A stretch of DNA of 57,657 nt, filler included, from Circinaria calcarea (taxonomy: Eukaryota): NCBI GenBank assembly GCA_051942165.1. It is 7 parts of 7 records of this genome, joined end to end, with 100 filler letters (N's around TTAATTAATTAA, not from the genome) between each part and the next. Parts side by side here need not be neighbours in the genome. Positions count along the whole stretch, not along the records: positions 49,521 to 57,657 come from JAVECS010001166.1; 6 more parts are not named here. One strand, 5' to 3'. Shown here in pieces: positions 49,521 to 57,657 of this stretch. The notes under the pieces were generated by a model. It worked only from the letters and a program-made list of their open reading frames with translations, was not told where the DNA came from and searched no databases. Numbering within the stretch: the stretch's first letter is position 1; each line of letters begins with the position of its first letter. The position numbers and the translations under genes were made by a program.

Positions 49521-50233
49521 GGTATAAATACCCGACTGTTATGCAAAGCACAGGGGATATCGATCTACACAGTGGATCCCGGACTTCCACTACCATATCC
49601 CAACTAGGAGTAGTGCGGAACTCTCCCTTGCATGCCATGAATCTCTGATGCATACCCTATATTAAAACCAAAACTCCACACCTCCACACCGCATTCCTTT
49701 CACCTCGAAATTGGTTGACTTAAAATTGAGTTGTCGCCGCCTTTCATTCTTGACCTGACTCGTACGTGCTGCTTGCAAAAGGGGTTGCGAACGCCATGGC
49801 GATCCTCATCTTATTCGATCATCCTTGGAGAGGGGCGTAAGCTGCACGCCATGTCTGCTCTTTTGCATCTCCGCTGATAGGCCTTGCTGCGCCTCCCTCC
49901 CCCTCTCCGCCATGTTTAAGTTCTGTATTGAGACGGCTGAGAAGTCACCTCCTTGCCTTCGCTTTCTCTCTCTTCTGAGGTAGTCATTCCTTTAAACCTC
50001 GTTCCCAGTAGCGATTCAGCTTGCAAAGTACTTTTGACCTTTCTCCACCACTCGTTTTAAACCTCTGTGCTATAGCTATACGGGAGGCTTTGATAGACAA
50101 CTCCTTTGTGTCAAGTATTATTCGTCCTGAAATTTGTTCAATTTTCGTTGAGTACATTGTTTGATTACCTCCGGACTGCCTTTATTTTCCCTAGGTTTTC
50201 GGCTTGAGTACCCGCCAGCTGAAGGTACTCAGT

Positions 50234-53200
50234 ATGATACGGATACCGCTGCGAATGCAGTGGCAATGGCTATGGGTGCTATCATTACTGACATTCTCAA
50301 TGGCGCGACACATCAAGATCTCATTCGGCCCATCGTCATCACCATTCACGCGCTACATCTAGGGTTCATGAGTCAATCCCACAGCTAATATGCACTCCTG
50401 ATCTGGGAATTCTTTCTTCTCAAGCGGATTTCTCGGCCAAAACTCGGCTTGTCAGCACTTGTCCTGCCGGAGAGTTTCCACTCCTTGCTACCCGCAGTTT
50501 TCGAGATGACGATTACTCATGTTCGGAAAGCAAGCCCTGCTCGAATGGCGCTTGCTGCTCGAAGGCCTCTGGATACTGTGGATACGGATCGGACTCCTGT
50601 GGTACAAGTGGCCAGTCTCCAAACGATAAATGCTGGAGCAATTGCGGCGCACATGCGGAATGCGGAAGAGACGCCGAAGTTGTTGGCACAAAATGCCCGC
50701 TCAATGTCTGCTGCAGCCGATTCGGGTTTTGCGGTATGACATCTGATTTTTGTTCGAAAACGAATGACCCCCAAACGAGCTGTCAGAGCAATTGTGATCA
50801 ACCAAAATCAGGAGCTTCTGGAGGTGACGTTCAGAGCCGAATTATTGGATACTATGAAGCCTGGAATTCTGACAAAAGATGTATTGGCATGGGATTTCAA
50901 GATATTCCCGTTAACAGTATCACTCACCTTTACTTTTCGTTTGGCTACATTTCCCCAGGATCTTTCCAGATCGCGCCAATGGACGGCCTCAGTCCAGGTT
51001 TATTCTCAGACCTTACGGCGCTGAAGAAATCGAACAGTGCACTTAAAACGATCGTTGCGCTGGGAGGATGGACTTTCAACGACAATGGTACTAGCACGCA
51101 ACCTGTTTTCAGCGACATAGTATCATCTTCGTCAAATCGGTCAAAGTTTATCAGCAATCTTCTAGCTTTTCTTCGAAATTATGGATTCGATGGTGTGGAC
51201 TTCGACTGGGAGTACCCTGGAGCACCAGACCGCGGCGGCAATAAGGACGATGGGAAGAACTTCACTCAGCTCCTTAAAGAACTCAAAGACGCGATCGCGG
51301 GTGGCCCGATCAAGTATATCGTATCTTTCACCGCTCCAACTTCCTACTGGTATCTCCGGCACTTTGACATCAAGGGCAGCGTCGAACAAGTTGACTGGGT
51401 CAACGTCATGAGCTATGATCTTCATGGCGTATGGGATGCAAACAATCCAATCGGTTCTCAAGTTCTTGCTCACACTAACCTAACTGAAATCAAGGAGGCG
51501 CTGGACCTATTTTGGAGGAACGATGTACCTGCTGACAAGATTGTTATGGGACTTGGATTCTATGGGCGATCCTTCCAATTGGTCGACCCATCTTGCTCGA
51601 CGCCTGGCTGTGGATTCAAGGGTGGTGCCGCACCTGGTGATTGCACTGATAGTTCTGGAACATTATCATACAAGGAAATCGTGGACATTATCCGCAAATA
51701 TAAGCTGACGCCGTTCTACGATAAAACCAACGCAGTCAAATATATTACTTGGAAGGTGAGTTTGGATCTTTTTGGCACAGTAGAGGAAGGGTAACAGGAC
51801 GGAAAAATGTTAAATTGTTGGCTAACCCTTGATCAGTCTGACCAATGGGTGTCTTTCGACGATAAAGAGACTATTCAACAGAAAATCACGTTTGCCAATG
51901 ATCAAGGTCTGGGTGGACTTTTGATATGGGCGCTGGATCTTGATACTCCAGACCTTGATGCACTCCAAGCCGTTATATACCCCAAAACTCTCGGCTCGCG
52001 AGGCAAGGCGGCTAGCTCTGTCAACAACTGGCAAGATGCAAATGGAGGCGATTGCCATACGACTGATTGCGGTGTCACTGACTGCACACCTGGCGAGACT
52101 CGCATCACTATCCAACCGTGCGAGGAACCAGACTTCTTCACTGGCGAAGCTCTTTCAACTGCTCTGTGCTGCCCACTATCTTCCGCCCCTGACCCTAAGA
52201 AATGCCAATGGCGAGGTACTGGATTTGATTGTAAGTTTTCGCATTATTACTTAATTGAAGCCGCTGTCAAATCTAATTAATCTCCGCACGTGCAGGCAAC
52301 GGCCAGTGCCATCCTAATGAAGTGGCTTTGGAGTCTTCGGTTTGGGGTACGTATTGCTTTAAAACCAGTTCAGCGCAGGTTCGACTAATTATTATTTTAG
52401 GCGATCAGCCCCTGTATTGTTCTGACGGGCACAAATTCTATTGTTGTGAAGTTCCGGAACAAAAACAGCCTAAGTGTCATTGGACCGGTAAGTTGTTAAT
52501 TGTCTGTTACAAATTCAAAAGAATTGCAACCCAAAGTTATATCATTTTGTCCACGAGAATGTCTTATTACACGCATATAGCAAAGTGTTTGATTTGGATA
52601 ATATCGGCGAGATTCATCCTATTTTCTTAATACCAATATCTCTAATTTGATTTCACAATCATGCTTAGGCTCTTTACTAATATTTTCGCAGACTGTGGAG
52701 AGACATGTGATCTCACTAAGGAAAATAAGATGACGTGGGCATTTCAAGATTGTTTTTTAGAACCCAAGGAGCTCTGCTGCGACAAGAGCGAAGCGTGGAC
52801 GAATTGTGCATGGCATGGAAAGCCTGGAAGCTGCTTTGACAACCACTGTGACACAGGCAAGTTGCTTATAACTCAACGTGATGGTGCAATCATTAACTAG
52901 TGTCCAGGTCATCAGGTGTCGTTGGCAATAAGCTATGACGGCGAAGGAGAAGACTGCGGTTGGAGACTTGAACGACAAAGATCATTCTGTTGCGATCCTC
53001 CTACAGGCGAATCACCTTTCTTACCTGTCCCCCTGGAGTATTTGTTCCCTCACCCACCCGTCAACGATGGTGCTAGTACCGATTTCAAGTTGGAAGTAGA
53101 CCCAACTTATGGAGGCAAATTAGACAAGCCTTTTAGTGACAACCCTAACAACGCCCAGTTTGGGTTTGTTGTTATGACCTCCCCGGAAGAACTTCAAGTC

Positions 53201-56200
53201 TCACTGGATAAGCGGGACGGATCTCACTGTGAGGTTTTCGATTGTTTGGACGCGGTCAGCGAAGAAGAGCAGACCGTCCGAATGACGTGCGCCGATTATT
53301 CCGAGAGCAGTACTTGTGATAAGATTCATCTTGGCTATGGCGTTCCTGGTACCATTCTCGAAATGCCCGAGGGTGTATGTAAAGTACCTCAGTGTTGTCA
53401 TCGATTTGCTAATGAATGCAGTGTGGTCCTGGCCGATACGCAGTTGCCAAATCTTTGGAGATATCTGCTGATCAAGGTCTTCCCGATCATCTATTTAAGC
53501 GGGGACTTGGTGACTCAACAGTATACGATCTAACTTTCGACTACGATTTCCGACGGGTCCCTCGAGAGCTTGGAGATACACAAGTTCGCATCGACTATAG
53601 TAATGAGCCGGGCTACTGGGACAAGGTCGTTGATGAGCCTGCAATGCAGAGAAAGAGAAGCTTGGCAGATCACGGAGGCAATCATCGCAGGTGGTTGGAA
53701 GAGGCCTGGCGCGAGGATATGCACAGTGACAGCCTGAGCCGGGAAGAGCTTCACAGAAGATGGTTCGGTTCAGATGCCCTCGCGTGGCTTAAAGGCTTGA
53801 TCAACGGAGTAAGCGGGGGACCCGTGATTGCCAACTCGTTTACTGAGGATTTTACCGTCATCTTGATGAACGAACAATGGTCGTGCAATATCAAAGGTGT
53901 GGATGTTGATGCACGGCTGAAGGTTCAGGCTAATACGCATGTCGAAATGGATACTAATTTTGGGTTCACGCTCATTACAACATTAGCATTTCCTCCGGAT
54001 CTCAGTAAATCATACCTGTACTTCCGCAATAAAGGTGAAGTCACATCCAAATTCAACATAGATGCAATTGCTACAGCAATGTTTACCAGCGGTGACGTCG
54101 AGCTCCTGGCAGCTGACAAGTTCGGTGTAGGATTTACTGTTCCAGGTAAGTTGATCAATTATTAATAAAGTCTCGCTAACGAATTAATCCAAGGGATACT
54201 TACAATTGGACCTAACTTCAAGTTGGTCGGTGCAATCGAGGGAGGGATTACGGCAAGAGCGAACTTCGAGGCTCGTGTTAAGCTGGCGAAATGGGATGTG
54301 AAGCAAACCTTTCCGGACGTAAACCCCGACTGGGACCCGGCGGCTACGGCAAATCCAGATAGGGATGGGACCGACAAGATTGGTGAACCTCAATTCGATG
54401 CTTCGGTGTCAGCTGAGGGTTACATTAAAGCTTCTATCAAGCCGTATGTGTCCTTCAAACTTGATTTCTGGATATTTATTTCGGCGTTACTCATACCTAA
54501 ACAGGATAATAAATTTTGGAATCGACTTTAAACCTACATTTCTAGATGTGGCGAGCTGCACGGTAAGCTTAGTCGGCGATGGCCATGTTACTCTCTACGC
54601 GGAAGGCTCCAGTGGGACCGGCGAAACATCATTCTGTTATGGTGCTACTGCTGGAGCAGATCTTTATGCCTCAGTTCAGGCCCCTGAAGTATTTGGCTGG
54701 AAATTGTCTAAACCTAGGTTCGATATTGGATCGTCGCCGGCGATAGATATCGTTCCGAAGAAGTGTCCAATTGGCAGTCGTGACTTGTCTGAGATCTCTT
54801 CAACGCCGTATGAAATCAGCAATCCCAACTCGTCCAGCCTAGAACCGTGGAAAGAATCTTTCAATGATTATAGATTAGCCAGGAGAGCCCAGGTATATGG
54901 CCCTCCAGATATCTTCAAATTAAAGAAGCTCGGCTGTCCGGGAGGAACTACCTCCGGCGATTTCCCCTGCCCGCTCTGCAACAATGGTCTTGGAGACTCA
55001 GCTTTCCGTCTTATGGCTCGAGCTGACGGGGGTAGCTGTCCCTTTATAGCTGGTCGCACAGACGAATCAACTTGCTCAGGCTTAAGCGCCAGAGATGTGT
55101 ATTCTGACAGTTTCGAGGGCAACAGATCATATGGTGAAGTGTCGGAATCACATGGCTCTCTTGTGAAAAGAACGGCGAAAACTGCACAATGGCGCGAAAA
55201 CGGTGTCGACTATACACTCGATTTTGGTCCGTATCCTGAATGTGGCAAGGCACGAGACTTGGGAACGGTCACTAAATGGTATGGCTTCGATGAGTATGGA
55301 ACAACAACTCCAGCCTGCCCTACAGACCTTCAAAAGTTCGCGGTAAACCAAGTCAACCCGTCGAACTATCAAAGTAAGACAAGCCTGGTCCTAGATGGCT
55401 TCTATTACTTATTATAATACAGCCGATCACATATTCGAAGCCCAGACCGTACTCCAATTTCTTGATTTCCTTCGTGGGAATATACAATACTCGCAAATTA
55501 ATATTCCAATACCCAACGGTTATACCGCTGCAGATTCAGATTGGGTCTCTAGGGTGCTAATAGATCTCTTCGCCGGAGGGTTCCACCCAGTAAATAATCA
55601 AAACCTGTTTCACGTGATTACAGACGCTCTCGGCAGCGTTGACAAACCTGGACGTATGGCTCTAGTTTATAAGGGAGTCAACAGGAAGAAAGCAGACTTC
55701 TTTGCTTTTGACACACCAGAATACTACGACACCAAAGGTATCAGAAATACGAAGATATTGCAGCGAGATGTAAGTTTCCTTCTCCCTTAGCTAGCCATAT
55801 ATTCGTCGAATCTCTGCAGTATTGTGCAGGTGGTATATCAGGCTTGGGAAATGGACGACTTAACTGACACTCCACCTTTCTCATACCCAGACCGCCGGAG
55901 TCTTTCAATATCTCACCCAACCCAATATCCAAACCAAATGGCAAGAAACCTCCAAAGCAATCGAAAATGTTTTAATTACCTTTGACAGCACATATGCCTG
56001 GAACGACCTTGGCCAACTCCAGCGTCCAGCTAGGCCTAATGCTGGTCTTCGCGACCTGTATTGCTATTGGATAGATACCTACCTGAGACGCATCGAAAAC
56101 AATGCAGCCGCTTGGGCGACCAATGCTAAAAATACCCTAGAGAACACAGCACAAGGTACAGGACAGGAGGGCAAGAATTGGATTGCCACTGCACTGACCA

Positions 56201-56328
56201 GTGGTGCCGTCACGCCCGGAAGAATGCGGTTCAACGCTGTTGGAATCCCGCCTGCTCCCGGTAGTCAGTGGACCCGTAGTTCCTACGATATGTGGGACGC
56301 TGCAAATGGGAATGCTGGGCCATTCTAA
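50234..56328 (+). CDS. Large subgroup-C (killer-toxin-alpha-like) GH18 chitinase: signal peptide, hevein/CBM18 modules, GH18, Cys-rich repeats and a long C-terminal extension; apparent frameshift near 50310
   Basis: Hevein motifs CSNGACC..GYCG and CPLNVCCSRFGFCG; IGYYEAW, ALGGW, FDGVDFDWEYP, MSYDLHG and WALDLD. About ten introns; the last exon ends NAGPF* at 56328. Confidence 0.9.
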
Positions 56329-56638
56329 ACTGACGTTCATCTACGTTTTTACCAATGGAACTAGCTTGTCGCTTTGTTCATGGTATGAGCCGAGTTGGGA
56401 GTTGGAAGGCTAAGAATCTAGGAACCGATTTCTATATAATATATGATATATAGATATATATCCCGAACCATTGGAACGTGAGATATTACATTTAGACTCG
56501 AAAAGGGGGCATGGCCGCTTTTAATAGGGGGGGCGCCAGCGAGGGAGCTGAAGGTATAACCTAAGGGCTCGGTTATATTAGCCGTCCGAGTAACCTTTGA
56601 TTCGATCCGTGATTCGGAAAAGGAAATAGTTAAAATGA

Positions 56639-57657
56639 TTATATTAAGGTTGGCCGCTTCCGAGCCAAGACCCTCGGTCTCACGGAGCCTAGCTAATTCC
56701 TGCCCATCCTCGCCCGTAAGTAAGAGTATGGAGCAAAAGTCATTGGCCACCACTCATTTTTTCTAAGTCCGCTCAGCGTAGGGTAAATTAATAATACCAG
56801 TAAACTACTACCTACCTTGCCAAAACAACCGGGACACTCGCGATTCTAGTACTGCACACCGATGTAAAATATAAGCACCCTACGTATTCCGTAATTTACC
56901 GGTATTATTAAATTACCCTGCGCTGAGCGGACTTGGAAAATTTAAGGGGTGGCCAATGACTTTTGCTCCATACTCCTACAAGCATGTCTCCAAAGCCTCA
57001 CATAGCCCGCCTCCCTCCTTGCTTCCTCAAAGTTTTCTCCAGAAACTGAGGCTCCCATTAATTAGCCTCACCTAACCCGTTCAATGCCTCCCCTCCTTCT
57101 CCGTCGTCAGGGGTGTAGGTCTGTAATTCCAAGCTGCGACCTCTCCACCGCAAATCCAACCTCTTCGAGTAACTTCGCCATGAGCTTTTCCGACGGGAAA
57201 GAACCACGGAGACGCCTCTCGCGCTTATTCGATAGTCAGACGTTGGTGGACCGCGGCGGTAAGAAGCGAGGTATGCACTTGGGCAACATTACCCGCTCCC
57301 CCCATCCCAGATACGAATGCTCCACCGGTTTGGAGGGACTCGTAGGCGACTTTGAGAATGGACATGCGGGTACTGAGGTCGCGATGGATCCAGTGCAAGG
57401 CAGCGTTTGAGAAGACATTGATATAGCGGTCTCCCTTCATTCCTGGGGAATCAAGGAGGAAGTGGCAGTCATGGACTTTTCAGGTAAGATTGGGTGATGA
57501 GCTGTACGATTTCTGTGCGGTGGAGACGAGGTTGGTGGATTCGTCCAGGCCAGAAACAACGGTACAGTGGTCCTTGATCTTGGCGGTCAAAACGCCATCT
57601 CCGCATCCGAGCTCTAGGATGGTGTCTTCTGGTTGGGGGGTCTAGCCATGATAGGAT
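56639..57657 (-). pseudogene. Class I SAM-dependent methyltransferase (Tam-like) pseudogene, interrupted by a MITE; 5' end outside the window
   Basis: ILELGCGDG, VFSNAALHWI and GNVAQVH; in-frame stops at 57482-57480 (TGA where W is expected) and 57227-57225, plus frameshifts. The C-terminal ..EDG..GSVRPRVLARK resumes beyond the MITE. Confidence 0.82.
56723..56976. mobile_element. 254-bp foldback MITE (Tc1/mariner-type, TA target)
   Basis: Imperfect terminal inverted repeats of about 85 bp starting GAGTATGGAGCAAAAGTCATTGGCCACC, flanked by TA at 56721-22 and 56977-78. Confidence 0.9.

Overview
This is intron-containing filamentous-ascomycete (Pezizomycotina) DNA, not one locus. It is seven contigs (8169, 8155, 8154, 8152, 8148, 8142 and 8137 bp, in descending size order) joined by artificial 100-bp N44-TTAATTAATTAA-N44 spacers, so adjacency means something only within a contig. 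Contigs 3-6 are mostly housekeeping: POS5, an acyltransferase, CTR9, a beta-carbonic anhydrase, a MAE1-type transporter, BPL1, COA4, MGM101, a cyclin-L-like protein, DUF3445, a J-domain protein, HIS5 and CNS1. Three contigs carry accessory or conflict-type material. (i) Contig 1 has a head-to-head pair of a HeLo-like N-terminal-domain gene (truncated by the window edge) and a kinase-ankyrin-repeat gene. (ii) Contig 2 is a RIP-scarred, transposon-rich island with an intronless RelA/SpoT-family nucleotidyltransferase, whose Syn1 helix is internally amplified. It is divergent from a CorA-like two-TM membrane gene, with a mimp-like MITE between them. (iii) Contig 7 has a large subgroup-C (killer-toxin-like) GH18 chitinase with a candidate toxin tip and a 5' frameshift, next to a MITE-disrupted methyltransferase pseudogene. 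Family calls come from motif recognition by eye; no database searches were run, and exon boundaries are approximate unless stated.
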